A stretch of DNA of 64,000 bases from Syntrophales bacterium (lineage in GTDB: Bacteria > Desulfobacterota > Syntrophia > Syntrophales > UBA2210): contig CAXXNF010000002.1 of assembly GCA_963666365.2 (NCBI GenBank), forward strand, positions 1,248,001 through 1,312,000. The letters are read 5' to 3'. The position numbers and the translations under genes were made by a program. The notes beneath the pieces were generated by a model. The model made no database searches. It saw only the letters and a program-made list of their open reading frames with translations, and was not told the origin of the DNA. This document shows, piece by piece, positions 51,170 to 61,122 of the stretch (position 1 is the first letter of the stretch; every line of letters begins with the position of its first letter).

Positions 51170-53107
51170 TTACAGTTCCCAGGCTGCCCTGGCGCCTTCC
51201 TCGGTGGCTTCAATAATGCGCCGCGCACCTGCCGCGTCACCGACCACTCTATAGGGTATCGCCGCCTGTTCCAGCGCCGCCTTCAGATCGTCCCTCGGTC
51301 GAAGACCTACCGCGACGACTACCTGATCTATCGGGGAAAGCGTGGCCTTCTCTCCCGCCGTTTCGATATCTACGGCCCCTTCTCTTATGGAGTTCACCGA
51401 GGTGCTGAAAAGCAGCTGTGCCTTTTTATCGCGCAGCCTCCTGTGCAGCATGTATCCGTGAGAGGTAATCTTCTGGACCGGAGAATGCTTCAATATCTCC
51501 ACAAGCGTCACTGCACTCCCATTTTCACTGAGGAAATCCGCCGTCTCCATTCCGATGAGCCCGCCTCCGATTACAAGCACATCCTTCCCGGGCCTGACCG
51601 TACCGTCCAGTACCTGCCAGGCGTCACAGACCTGCGACCCCTTGATGCCGGGGACGTCAAGGGGTATCTTTTCTCCTCCCGCGGCAAGAATAACGGCATC
51701 CGGGTTCCCTTCACCTATCATCGATTCCGTCACCTCTGTTTTGATCTTTATGATCACCCCTGCCTTCTTCACCTGATCAATGAGCCAATCGATCCACAGG
51801 CCGTAGACCTCCTTGTGAGGCGGAATGCGGGCATACTGAATCTGCCCCCCCAGCTCTTCATTTTTCTCGAAGAGGGTGACTTCGTGACCCAACCGGGCGG
51901 CCTCAAAGGCCGCCGTCAATCCGCCGGGGCCTCCGCCGATCACCCACACATTTTTGAGATTCTGCGCAGGTCCTTCAGGACATATCGTTTCCTGTCCCGT
52001 CTCGGGATTGATGGCACAGCGGATGTTCCCCTCTCCCAGAATCAGCCGCTCGATGCACCCCTGATTACAGGCGAGACAGATGCGTATGTCGCCGGACCGC
52101 CCTTCCTTTGCCTTGGTCAGAAAGTCCGGGTCTGCCAGAAACTGACGCCCGAAGGCGACCATGTCGGCATCGCCGCGGGCAATCACTTCATCGGCCTGGG
52201 CAGGATTATTGAACCGTCCCACTGCAATGACCGGCACATCAACCACATCCTTGACTTTTCTCGCGAGTCCGGCATTGAATCCCGGTGCATACTCGATGGG
52301 GGCGCTCGTAATCCCCCCGGGGCTTCCGTGTGTCCCAAAGGAGGCATGCACAATATCGACGCCGGCGGCAACGAAGTCGGGCAGAATCGCCTGCATGTCA
52401 TCGGCCGTATATCCGCCCTTGATGAACTCTTCCGTCGAAATCCTTATTGATACGGGAAAATCCGGACCCACTTGTGTTCGGACTTCTTTAATCACGTCGA
52501 TAACGAAGCGCGACCGGTCTTTCAGGGTTGCACCCCCGAATTCATCCGTCCTTGCATTTGAAAGGGCAGAAAGGAATTGTGTCAAGAGATATCCATGGGC
52601 GCCATGGATTTCCACGGCGTCGAATCCCGCTTCCCTTGCTCTTCGCGCTGCGGACCCGAAGGCTGCAATAATATCGTGTATATCGTCAAGGGTCATTTCC
52701 TTAGGAGGTATCCTGTAGATGAGACTGGGCAGCGCCGACGGACCCATGGCACGACCCTGACTGAGCATATGCAGACTCTCTCTGCCTGCGTGATGAATCT
52801 GCATGGCGATCCTGCACCCCGCCTCATGGGCGACACGGGCGAACACAGCAAGTCCGGAAATGTAGCGATCATCATAGGCTGCCAGCTGAGTATTGATCGC
52901 CATGCCGTCGGGATGCACGCCGACGATCTCAGTGATAATCAGCCCCGGCCCCCCTCTGGCCCGTCGCTTTAAATAGGCAATATTTGCCTCGCTCACCGTG
53001 CCGTCCGCATTTCCCAGATTTGTTCCCATGGGAGGCATTACGATGCGGTTCGGTATTTCAAGGCCCCGCACCATTATTGGAGACAGTACATTACGTAATT
53101 CATCCAT
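51170..53107 (-). CDS. Old-yellow-enzyme family NADH:flavin oxidoreductase with 4Fe-4S and FAD domains
   Basis: NRIVMPPM, EIHGAHGYL, NARTDEFGG, CLACNQGC, GGGPGG, GGGLIG. Confidence 0.93.
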   Translation of the reverse strand: MDELRNVLSPIMVRGLEIPNRIVMPPMGTNLGNADGTVSEANIAYLKRRARGGPGLIITEIVGVHPDGMAINTQLAAYDDRYISGLAVFARVAHEAGCRIAMQIHHAGRESLHMLSQGRAMGPSALPSLIYRIPPKEMTLDDIHDIIAAFGSAARRAREAGFDAVEIHGAHGYLLTQFLSALSNARTDEFGGATLKDRSRFVIDVIKEVRTQVGPDFPVSIRISTEEFIKGGYTADDMQAILPDFVAAGVDIVHASFGTHGSPGGITSAPIEYAPGFNAGLARKVKDVVDVPVIAVGRFNNPAQADEVIARGDADMVAFGRQFLADPDFLTKAKEGRSGDIRICLACNQGCIERLILGEGNIRCAINPETGQETICPEGPAQNLKNVWVIGGGPGGLTAAFEAARLGHEVTLFEKNEELGGQIQYARIPPHKEVYGLWIDWLIDQVKKAGVIIKIKTEVTESMIGEGNPDAVILAAGGEKIPLDVPGIKGSQVCDAWQVLDGTVRPGKDVLVIGGGLIGMETADFLSENGSAVTLVEILKHSPVQKITSHGYMLHRRLRDKKAQLLFSTSVNSIREGAVDIETAGEKATLSPIDQVVVAVGLRPRDDLKAALEQAAIPYRVVGDAAGARRIIEATEEGARAAWEL

Positions 53108-53142
53108 CTGTAACTCCTTTCATCAGCTCCTTGAACCCCTTT

Positions 53143-53162
53143 ATAGTTCGTATGCTAAGCAT
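53143..53162. promoter_or_regulatory. Putative MarR operator 1
   Basis: ATAGTTCGTATGCTAAGCAT, 15/20 identical to 53609-53628. Confidence 0.65.
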
Positions 53163-53179
53163 AACTCTTTCATCGGCGC

Positions 53180-53593
53180 TCAATGATGCATGTCCCTGAG
53201 CAACCGCTTCAGGAGCACCCTTTCTTCCATGCTGAAACCTTCCAGCACCTCATTATCGGCCTCGTCGGCTTCTCGTTTCAATTCCTGAATTCGTTCTTTA
53301 GCCTTGGGCGTGAGATATACCTTAAGAGATCTCTTATCTTCATCGGAGGGGCTTTTTATGACCCAGCCGCTTTCGGCAAGGCGGTCAAGAACGCCGGAAA
53401 GAGTTGCATTGTCGAGAGTAAGTCGCTTCCCGAGCTCGCCGGCTGAAACCCCTTCTTCTTCGTTAAGTGCAAAGATCACGAGATGCTGGACGGGAGTTAT
53501 GCCGTACGACTGAAGACGTTTCTTGAAATTTCCATATACCTTCTGATGGGCTTTTGCGAGAAGAAAAAGTATGCATTCGCCATAGCTGCTCAT
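53180..53593 (-). CDS. MarR family transcriptional regulator
   Basis: ITPVQ, TLSGVLDRL, DKRS..VYLT. Confidence 0.92.
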   Translation of the reverse strand: MSSYGECILFLLAKAHQKVYGNFKKRLQSYGITPVQHLVIFALNEEEGVSAGELGKRLTLDNATLSGVLDRLAESGWVIKSPSDEDKRSLKVYLTPKAKERIQELKREADEADNEVLEGFSMEERVLLKRLLRDMHH

Positions 53594-53608
53594 GTGCCTT
53601 CGCTCCAT

Positions 53609-53628
53609 TTACTTTGCATGCTAAGTAT
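53609..53628. promoter_or_regulatory. Putative MarR operator 2 (autoregulatory)
   Basis: 18-bp palindrome TACTTTGCATGCTAAGTA with one mismatch, 17 bp downstream of a minus-strand TTGACA (53646-53651). Confidence 0.72.
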
Positions 53629-53785
53629 CAGAGGGGCAGTCCACCTGTCAATAAAAAAAGATTTCCGCCCGCCGGCAGAGCGTGAAGACCAGCGGTGTTT
53701 TTTTCTGGAAGAATATATATGATTTTCAGCAGTCGGGTATTTCTTCCCGGGTTGAGCGTTTTCTGAGGAGTGTCGAGGGCAACGC

Positions 53786-55684
53786 TCATTCCCCTGGAAT
53801 TTTGAGTTTCTGCCCCGCATAAATTTTATTTTTTGACTTCAACCCGTTCGTAATTACAAGTTCACTGGTGGGTTTTCCGTATCGCTGCGCAATAATCTCC
53901 AGGGTATCGCCTTTTTTTACCACATAGATTTCTTCTCTCTTTGCGACTTCCGATGCATTTGTCTCTGTATTGGGAGTATTTTCCGCAATGGCAAGCTTCT
54001 GCCCCACATATATGCGGTTCTTTGAGATAATATTGTTGCGTTGCATCAGATCAGGGACGGTAGTGCCGTATTTTTTCGCGATATCAGTAAGGCGGTCGCC
54101 CCGTTTCACCACATAGGTTGTTGCGGTCTTTTTGTCCTCCCGGGTACCTTCCTCCGTGCGTGCTTTCGGTTCGTCTACAAGTCTGAGTTTCTGACCGACA
54201 TAGATCCTGTTTGGCGATTCTATCGCATTCAGCTTTGCCACATGGAGGGCTGTAGTGCTGTATTTTTTCGCAATCCCGTTGAGGGTTTCCCCCCGTTGTA
54301 CCACGTGGAACGGGGGAGACGATGACACTGCCACCGCGGCGGCGCCTGGAATTCGCAATTTCTGTCCCACATAAATGCGGTTTTTCGACCGAATATTGTT
54401 TTCTTTCATCAATTCCTGCACCGTGGTCTCGAAGCGTTGAGCGATTTTTTCCAGCCTGTCGCCTCTTTCTATCTTGTAGAAAAAACTCTCGCGCTTATGT
54501 GCCGCCTTCTTTGACAAGGGCTCATATGCTCCGTCTTTTTCTTCGAACTGTGCGAGATAGGGGGAAGGAATGTACTGGGTGACGGTAGCGGCAATAGCCC
54601 AGGCCATGTCGTCCTGGTAGGCCCTGGTTCGAAGGAGTGATTCTTCATGGGCATTTGACAGATAGGCAGTTTCAACAAGCAGCGATGTGATATCGGGCAG
54701 CTTCAGGACCCTGAAGGGGGCTTCCTGGACTTTAGAAAATTTCAGTTGATTCACTTTTTTGATGTTCTCCAAAGCCATTGCGCCGAAAGATTTCGACTGA
54801 TTAATAGTTTCCGTCTGAAGCATGTTGAGGATAATCGGATCGGTTTCGTCGTTATTCTGCCCATTGGGGACGCCGCCGATGATATCGGAAAGGTTCTGAC
54901 TTTCCGCAAGGAGTCTGGCGGCTTCACTGCTTGCCCCCCTCGTGGAAAGGCAATAGGCGGATGCCCCTCTCACCGACCTGCTGCCGCAGGCATCGGCATG
55001 AATGCTTATAAAGAGATCGGCATTACTTTCCCGCGCAATTTTAAGTCTTTTCTTGAAAGGCACATAGTAATCGCCCTCGCGCGTAAGGAGCGCCTTATAG
55101 CCCCTTTCCACCAATTTATCACGCAGCGCCCTGGAAATCTTGAGCACGATATCCTTTTCCTTTGTTCCGCGAGGTCCTATGGCGCCGGGGTCTTCACCAC
55201 CGTGCCCGGGATCGATTACAATGATTTTCTTTTTTTCCCGCCTCTTAACTTTTTTTCTCTCGACGGTTTCCTGTTCTTCCACCTCGGGAATATTTGCATC
55301 GATCACCACACGGTGCGGCTTGTCCAATATTTTTCCCAGCGTAAACACGCGGGGCTGCACCGACCGGGCGATGTAGACCTCTATGCGGACGCGATCGGCG
55401 GAAAGGGAAGTCACCGATACTTTGCGCACTGCCGGCTTATCAAGCACATATTCTTTCAATAGATCAGGAGAAACAACTGATTTCTCAAACTCGACGACGA
55501 TTTTTCCTTCTTCTTCTTTTACATTAATATGCGCTTCCGCGCTTGTATCCACCACAACCCTGGTATGATCCGGCGCCGTCCAATGGCGGATATTCAAAAT
55601 TTTTGTAATTGCAAAGACAGGTGTCGAAAGGAAGATCAACAACAGAAGTGGTAGGGCAATGACTGTGAGTGCAGTCTTTTTCAT
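53786..55684 (-). CDS. N-acetylmuramoyl-L-alanine amidase (AMIN + Amidase_3 + four LysM)
   Basis: Signal peptide, TRVVVD, IDPGHGGEDPGA, SIHAD, LVETAYLSN, four LysM repeats. Confidence 0.93.
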   Translation of the reverse strand: MKKTALTVIALPLLLLIFLSTPVFAITKILNIRHWTAPDHTRVVVDTSAEAHINVKEEEGKIVVEFEKSVVSPDLLKEYVLDKPAVRKVSVTSLSADRVRIEVYIARSVQPRVFTLGKILDKPHRVVIDANIPEVEEQETVERKKVKRREKKKIIVIDPGHGGEDPGAIGPRGTKEKDIVLKISRALRDKLVERGYKALLTREGDYYVPFKKRLKIARESNADLFISIHADACGSRSVRGASAYCLSTRGASSEAARLLAESQNLSDIIGGVPNGQNNDETDPIILNMLQTETINQSKSFGAMALENIKKVNQLKFSKVQEAPFRVLKLPDITSLLVETAYLSNAHEESLLRTRAYQDDMAWAIAATVTQYIPSPYLAQFEEKDGAYEPLSKKAAHKRESFFYKIERGDRLEKIAQRFETTVQELMKENNIRSKNRIYVGQKLRIPGAAAVAVSSSPPFHVVQRGETLNGIAKKYSTTALHVAKLNAIESPNRIYVGQKLRLVDEPKARTEEGTREDKKTATTYVVKRGDRLTDIAKKYGTTVPDLMQRNNIISKNRIYVGQKLAIAENTPNTETNASEVAKREEIYVVKKGDTLEIIAQRYGKPTSELVITNGLKSKNKIYAGQKLKIPGE

Positions 55685-55830
55685 AATCCTTGTACACTTG
55701 TTTTTTGAAATGGAACTGTAACAGCTTCGCCCGCCAATTACAAGGGCCACTGGAAAATTGAAGAGTAAAAAGGGATTGACAATTTTTGCGTCAAATGACA
55801 TGTACGAAATTCTTTACAAGGAGTCTGTCA

Positions 55831-56700
55831 ATGAAAATAAGGGACCTGCTGGCACACACCCCTTTCAGCCTCTCCTTTGAGGTCTTCCCGCCTCAACGGG
55901 AGGGAAGCATAGAAAGTCTCTACAGAACCGTGGAGGCATTGCGTGAATTACAGCCGCAATTCTTTTCCGTAACCTACGGCGCCGGCGGGGGAACCCGCGA
56001 CATGACGGTTGAAATCGCTTCAAAGATAAAAAACGATCACGACAGCGAAGTGCTTGCACATTTGACCTGTGTTCAGGCGACCCGGCGCGACATTGCGGAC
56101 ATACTCAAAGAACTCCAGGAAAACAATATCGCAAACATCCTCGCGCTCAGGGGAGATCCACCCGCAGGAGAAGAAAACTTTGCAACGCCGAAGGGCGGCT
56201 TCGGAAACGCCGGAGAACTTGTCAAATTTATTGCATCAGAGGGCGATTTTTCCATAGGTGTGGCCGGCTACCCTGAAGTGCATATCGAAGCCTTAACCCT
56301 TGAGGCGGATGTGGCCTACCTTAAGAAAAAAGTGGACGCCGGCGCCGATTTCGTCATTACCCAGCTTTTTTTCGACAACGACTGTTTTTACCGTTTTCGC
56401 GACAGGGCATTGAAAACCGGCATTAACGTCCCCATCATAGCCGGCATTTTCCCCCTTTTCAATTTTAAACAGATTGAAAAAGTCACCTCACTCAGCAACA
56501 CAAAGATCCCCCCTGCATTGCATGACAAACTTTTTAAAGTACGCGAAAAGCCGGAAGAAGTGGAAAAATACGGCATCGAATATGCCATCGCGCAGGCGGG
56601 GGATCTCATTGCACATGAAGTCGCGGGCATTCATTTTTACAGCATGAACAGGAGCCGCCATGTCATACGCATCGTGAAGGAACTGGATCTGCCCCATTAA
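55831..56700 (+). CDS. metF: 5,10-methylenetetrahydrofolate reductase
   Basis: SFEVFPP, SVTYGAGG, AHLTC, ALRGDPP, AGYPE.H, TQLFFD. Confidence 0.95.
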   Translation: MKIRDLLAHTPFSLSFEVFPPQREGSIESLYRTVEALRELQPQFFSVTYGAGGGTRDMTVEIASKIKNDHDSEVLAHLTCVQATRRDIADILKELQENNIANILALRGDPPAGEENFATPKGGFGNAGELVKFIASEGDFSIGVAGYPEVHIEALTLEADVAYLKKKVDAGADFVITQLFFDNDCFYRFRDRALKTGINVPIIAGIFPLFNFKQIEKVTSLSNTKIPPALHDKLFKVREKPEEVEKYGIEYAIAQAGDLIAHEVAGIHFYSMNRSRHVIRIVKELDLPH

Positions 56701-56781
56701 AAAGTATTGAATATTATCGCAACCCATAGTAATGATGTGCCCGATCTGATACACTGCATACCGACACAAGATCACAGGAAC

Positions 56782-56858
56782 GGGCGATTAGCTCAGCTGG
56801 ATAGAGCGTTGGCCTCCGAAGCCAAAGGTCATGGGTCCGAATCCCATATCGCCCTCCA
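56782..56858 (+). tRNA. tRNA-Arg(CCG)
   Basis: Cloverleaf: GGGCGAT/ATCGCCC, GCTC/GAGC, TTGGC-CTCCGAA-GCCAA, ATGGG/CCCAT, encoded CCA. Confidence 0.92.
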
Positions 56859-56868
56859 AATAAAATCA

Positions 56869-56903
56869 AGGGGTTAGGCACTTAGCTTAATCCCTCTTTT
56901 TTT
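56869..56903 (+). terminator. Rho-independent terminator after the tRNA
   Basis: AGGGGTTAGGC/GCTTAATCCCT stem followed by a T run. Confidence 0.65.
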
Positions 56904-56905
56904 GC

Positions 56906-56927
56906 CCTTGCTACCACCTTGCTACCA
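56906..56927. repeat. 11-bp tandem repeat, possible integrase arm sites
   Basis: CCTTGCTACCA twice, about 50 bp past the tRNA 3' end. Confidence 0.6.
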
Positions 56928-57333
56928 GGGAGCAAAAAATACCGGCTAATCCCGCCTAAAAATTCTTTTCTAATCATTGCCTCATAATTCATAAAAAGTT
57001 GCATAGTGAAAGATACAAGGACTGAATCGGGGATCAGTATAAAATATCTTTGATAAAGAATGTTTGAAGGGAAAAAACAGACTCAATCTCTTTACATATT
57101 CAGAAGCTCGTGTTAGATACCTGAGACATCATCGTTCACTTGTGTCTGAGCTAAATCTCATTAATTAAGTTGCTACTCCGAGAGACACAGACAATGTCGC
57201 ATCTCTTAAAATATGAAAACGAGAGATATTCCGTAAATATCCCAATCTTACATCTGTTCAAGTATACGATACTAATAAACCTTCATTTAATGCCGGACAC
57301 AATCATGTGTCCAGGACAGGAGGGAATATAGGC

Positions 57334-58212
57334 ATGGCGGAGATCACCAAAAGGCGCTCGGGGGAACTTGTACGAGGTGTATTCAAGATATTGCTCAAAC
57401 ATCCTGATGGCTTACCGGCAAAAGAAGTGCTCAGGCAGCTCGCGGATATTGTCCCACCGACACCCTTCGAGGCAAGTATGTATCCCAACCGTCCCAATGT
57501 TCGTCGTTACGAAAAAATAGTCCGTTTTTCAACAATTAATACTGTCAAGGCAGGATGGCTTCATAAAGATAAAGGTTCATGGTCTCTTACTGATGAAGGT
57601 CGCGCAGCTTTTGAAAAATTTTCAGACGCTGAAGATTTTCATCATGCGGCACGGAATTTATATCGAAAATGGAAAGCCGATCAACCGGCAGGTGAAAATG
57701 ATGAAATCGATGCCGGAGAGGCTGCTACAACCTTAGAAGAAGCCGCCGAAAGTGCCTGGTCCCAAATTGAGAACTTTCTTGAAGGGATGAGTCCTTACGA
57801 CTTCCAGGAACTCGTTGCAGGACTTCTTCGAGGGATGGGCTACTATGTGGATTGGATATCACCGCCGGGTCCGGACAAAGGCATCGATATTGTGGCTCAT
57901 ACAGACCCACTCGGTGTAAAAGGTCCCCGAATCAAGGTGCAGGTCAAGCGGAGAGCAGACAAAATAGCGGTGGATGGTGTCCGAGGATTCATGGCTCTGC
58001 TTGGAGACTCCGATGTTGGACTCTTTGTGTGTACAGGCGGATTCACACGCGACGCCGAAGAAGAGGCACGGCGTCAAGAGAAGCGGCGTATTATGTTATT
58101 GGATCTCAAGAAATTGTTTGACCTTTGGACGGAACATTACAACCGGATTCCCGAGGCACAAAGACAGTTATTGCCTCTACGCCCGGTTTACTACTTAGCC
58201 CCTGATGAATGA
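57334..58212 (+). CDS. mrr: Mrr-family (type IV) restriction endonuclease
   Basis: Mrr_N-like wHTH (KAGWL...GSWSLTDEG); FQELVAGLLRGMGY, DKGIDI...VQVKR, GGFT. Confidence 0.88.
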   Translation: MAEITKRRSGELVRGVFKILLKHPDGLPAKEVLRQLADIVPPTPFEASMYPNRPNVRRYEKIVRFSTINTVKAGWLHKDKGSWSLTDEGRAAFEKFSDAEDFHHAARNLYRKWKADQPAGENDEIDAGEAATTLEEAAESAWSQIENFLEGMSPYDFQELVAGLLRGMGYYVDWISPPGPDKGIDIVAHTDPLGVKGPRIKVQVKRRADKIAVDGVRGFMALLGDSDVGLFVCTGGFTRDAEEEARRQEKRRIMLLDLKKLFDLWTEHYNRIPEAQRQLLPLRPVYYLAPDE

Positions 58213-58259
58213 GTCACTAATAAAAAGCATTACAGGGAAGACAAGCAAAGAGGCAATAC

Positions 58260-59810
58260 ATGGCAAAAAGTAACGGAAATGGCGCAAATCTTGGCTTTGA
58301 AAATCAAATGTGGGCTGCTGCGGATAAACTCAGGGGGCATATGGACGCCTCTGAATACAAGCATGTGGTTCTTGGTTTGATTTTTCTCAAATACATCTCC
58401 GATGCTTTTCAAGCCAAGTACAAGCAGCTTGAAGCGTCGAAAGAGACAGAATACACCGATCCGGAAGATCGGGACGAATACGCGGCCGCTAACATTTTTT
58501 GGGTACCGAAGGAGGCTCGCTGGTCCGTATTGCAGTCAAATGCCAAGCAGCCGACCATCGGCAAGTTGATCGATGATGCGATGGTGGCCATCGAAAAGGA
58601 GAATCCGACGCTCAAAGGAGTTCTACCCAAAGACTATGGCCGGCCATCGCTCGACAAGTACCGCCTGGGTGAACTCATCGATATCATCAGCAAGATAGGA
58701 CTTGGAGATGATGAGTCCCGCTCGAAGGATATTCTCGGCCGGGTGTACGAGTATTTTCTCGGTCGTTTCGCTGCCGCCGAGGGCAAAGGCGGCGGTGAGT
58801 TCTATACACCACGGTGCGTGGTCAATCTGCTCGTCAGAATGATCGAGCCGTATAAGGGGCGCGTATATGACCCCTGCTGCGGCTCCGGCGGCATGTTCGT
58901 TCAGAGCGAACGTTTTGTTGAGGAACACGGCGGCAGATTGGGCGATATCGCCATCTACGGTCAGGAATCCAATTCCACCACCTGGCGGCTGGCCATGATG
59001 AACCTGGCTATCCGTGGACTGGACGCCAACCTTGGCGGACAGAATGCGGACAGCTTCCATAACGATCTGCACAAAGACCTCCGCGCCGATTTCATCTTGG
59101 CGAATCCTCCTTTCAATATGAGCGACTGGGGCGGCGAACGCCTTCGTGAAGACGCCCGCTGGAAGTACGGTATCCCGCCGGTAAACAACGCCAACTACGC
59201 CTGGATTCAACATTTCATCCATCACCTCTCGCCCACGGGGGTGGCCGGTTTCGTCATGGCCAACGGGTCCATGTCCACCAACACCACCAGCGAAGGAGAA
59301 ATCCGCAGGAACATCATCGAGGCGGACCTGGTGGACTGCATGATCGCCCTGCCCGGACAGCTCTTCTATACAACGCAGATTCCAGTATGCCTGTGGTTTG
59401 TGGCCCGCAACAAGAAAAACGGCAAGTTCCGCGACCGGAGCGGGCGCACCCTCTTTATCGATGCCCGCAAATTGGGAAGCCTCATCGACCGGACCCATAA
59501 AGATTTTTCCGATGAAGAGATCGACAAGATCGCAGCTACCTACCATGCCTGGCGCGGTGAAAAAGAGGCCGGCGAGTATCAGGATGTACCGGGCTTCTGC
59601 AAGAGCGCCACAACCGATGAGATCAGGGAACACGGCTATGTGCTCACCCCGGGCAGATACGTGGGTGCGGCCGAGATCGAGGACGACGGGGTGCCTTTTG
59701 AGGAAAAGATGGCCGAACTTTCAGCCACGCTCTATGAGCAGTTCAGCGAAGCGGACCGGCTCAAAGCCACGATCAAAAGGAATTTGGAGGTCTTGGGCTA
59801 TGGGGAGTGA
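58260..59810 (+). CDS. hsdM: Type I R-M methyltransferase subunit (m6A)
   Basis: [37 protein letters not shown]. Confidence 0.96.
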   Translation: MAKSNGNGANLGFENQMWAAADKLRGHMDASEYKHVVLGLIFLKYISDAFQAKYKQLEASKETEYTDPEDRDEYAAANIFWVPKEARWSVLQSNAKQPTIGKLIDDAMVAIEKENPTLKGVLPKDYGRPSLDKYRLGELIDIISKIGLGDDESRSKDILGRVYEYFLGRFAAAEGKGGGEFYTPRCVVNLLVRMIEPYKGRVYDPCCGSGGMFVQSERFVEEHGGRLGDIAIYGQESNSTTWRLAMMNLAIRGLDANLGGQNADSFHNDLHKDLRADFILANPPFNMSDWGGERLREDARWKYGIPPVNNANYAWIQHFIHHLSPTGVAGFVMANGSMSTNTTSEGEIRRNIIEADLVDCMIALPGQLFYTTQIPVCLWFVARNKKNGKFRDRSGRTLFIDARKLGSLIDRTHKDFSDEEIDKIAATYHAWRGEKEAGEYQDVPGFCKSATTDEIREHGYVLTPGRYVGAAEIEDDGVPFEEKMAELSATLYEQFSEADRLKATIKRNLEVLGYGE

Positions 59811-61122
59811 TTGGGAAACAGTACGCCTTGGTGATTATGCTGATGTTCAAACGGGACCTTTTGGGAGTCAGCTCCATAAAAAAGACTACGTTGATATTGG
59901 GACCCCAATCATTACGGTTGAACATTTGGGCGATAATAGAATTATGCATTCAAACCTTCCTCGTGTTTCAGAAAAAGACCGGTTACGCCTGAGAAAGTAT
60001 TGGATGCAGCAGGGAGATATTGTTTTCAGCCGTGTAGGATCAGTTGATCGTAGTGCATACGTCCATAAGCAGGAGGATGGCTGGTTATTTTCAGGTCGTT
60101 GTCTACGGGTTCGTGTCAGAGATACAAATTTAGATTCACGATTCCTGTCCTTTTTTTTTGGCTTAGAGAGCGTGAAGGAACATATACGGCAGATCGCTGT
60201 AGGTGCGACAATGCCTTCTTTGAACACATCTTTATTAAGCAATATTAAGATAGTGGTTCCGCCGATTTCCGAACAACGCGCCATCGCACATATCCTCGGA
60301 TCACTAGACGACAAGATCGAATTGAACCGCCGGATGAACCAGACGCTGGAAGCTATGGCCCGCGCCATTTTCAAATCCTGGTTCGTGGATTTCGATCCGG
60401 TGCGCGCCAAAGCCGAAGGCCGCCCGACTGGTCTACCTGATGATATTGCTACACTTTTTCCTGACAAATTCGAAAACTCAGAGCTTGGAGAGATCCCGAA
60501 GGGGTGGAAGGTAAAACCCATTGGTCAGTCTGTTAAATGTGTTGGCGGATCAACACCAAGTACCAAGAATGCTGCTTTTTGGGATGGCGGGAAGACCCCC
60601 TTTGTGACTCCCAAAGATATGTCATCTCTTACGAGCCCAGTAATACTGGATACGTCTCGCCATATCACCGACGCTGGGGTTGACAAGATAAGTTCGGGAC
60701 GTCTGCCTATCGGGACTGTCATCCTCTCTTCGAGAGCACCTATCGGCTATCTGGCCATTACGGAAGTTCCTGTCTCACTTAACCAAGGCGTCATTGCGAT
60801 GATCTGCAACAAAAATCTGCCCAATCACTATGTGCTGTATTGGACAGAGACAAACATGGAGACGATCAAAAGCAATGCAGGTGGGACTACATTTGCCGAG
60901 ATCAGCAAGCGCAATTTTAGGCCAATTCCAGTCGTTGATCCTCAAAAACTCGTTCTTGATGCTTTTGTTCAGCAGGTCGAGCTGCTGCACAAACAAGTTG
61001 TCCTTAACCTCCAAGATTCAAACACTCTCGCCTCGCTTCGCGACATTCTTCTTCCCAAACTCGTTTCCGGCGAGCTGCGGGTCCCGGATGCCGAGAAGTT
61101 CGTTGAGGAGACCGGGTTATGA
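59800..61122 (+). CDS. hsdS: Type I R-M specificity subunit
   Basis: TGPFGS TRD1, [36 protein letters not shown]2, [16 protein letters not shown] overlaps the end of hsdM. Confidence 0.95.
   Translation: MGSDWETVRLGDYADVQTGPFGSQLHKKDYVDIGTPIITVEHLGDNRIMHSNLPRVSEKDRLRLRKYWMQQGDIVFSRVGSVDRSAYVHKQEDGWLFSGRCLRVRVRDTNLDSRFLSFFFGLESVKEHIRQIAVGATMPSLNTSLLSNIKIVVPPISEQRAIAHILGSLDDKIELNRRMNQTLEAMARAIFKSWFVDFDPVRAKAEGRPTGLPDDIATLFPDKFENSELGEIPKGWKVKPIGQSVKCVGGSTPSTKNAAFWDGGKTPFVTPKDMSSLTSPVILDTSRHITDAGVDKISSGRLPIGTVILSSRAPIGYLAITEVPVSLNQGVIAMICNKNLPNHYVLYWTETNMETIKSNAGGTTFAEISKRNFRPIPVVDPQKLVLDAFVQQVELLHKQVVLNLQDSNTLASLRDILLPKLVSGELRVPDAEKFVEETGL

Noticed and set aside
51101..52450. 449-aa antisense ORF over the OYE gene
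   Set aside because: Almost entirely overlaps a well-supported gene and has no protein-family features.
58623..59633. 336-aa antisense ORF inside hsdM
   Set aside because: Shadow ORF of a GC-rich gene; no recognisable motifs.
59398..59799. 134-codon upstream extension of the hsdS frame, suggesting an M-S frameshift fusion
   Set aside because: The extension is not domain-like, hsdS has its own GGAGG and ATG at 59800, and no slippery site was identified.
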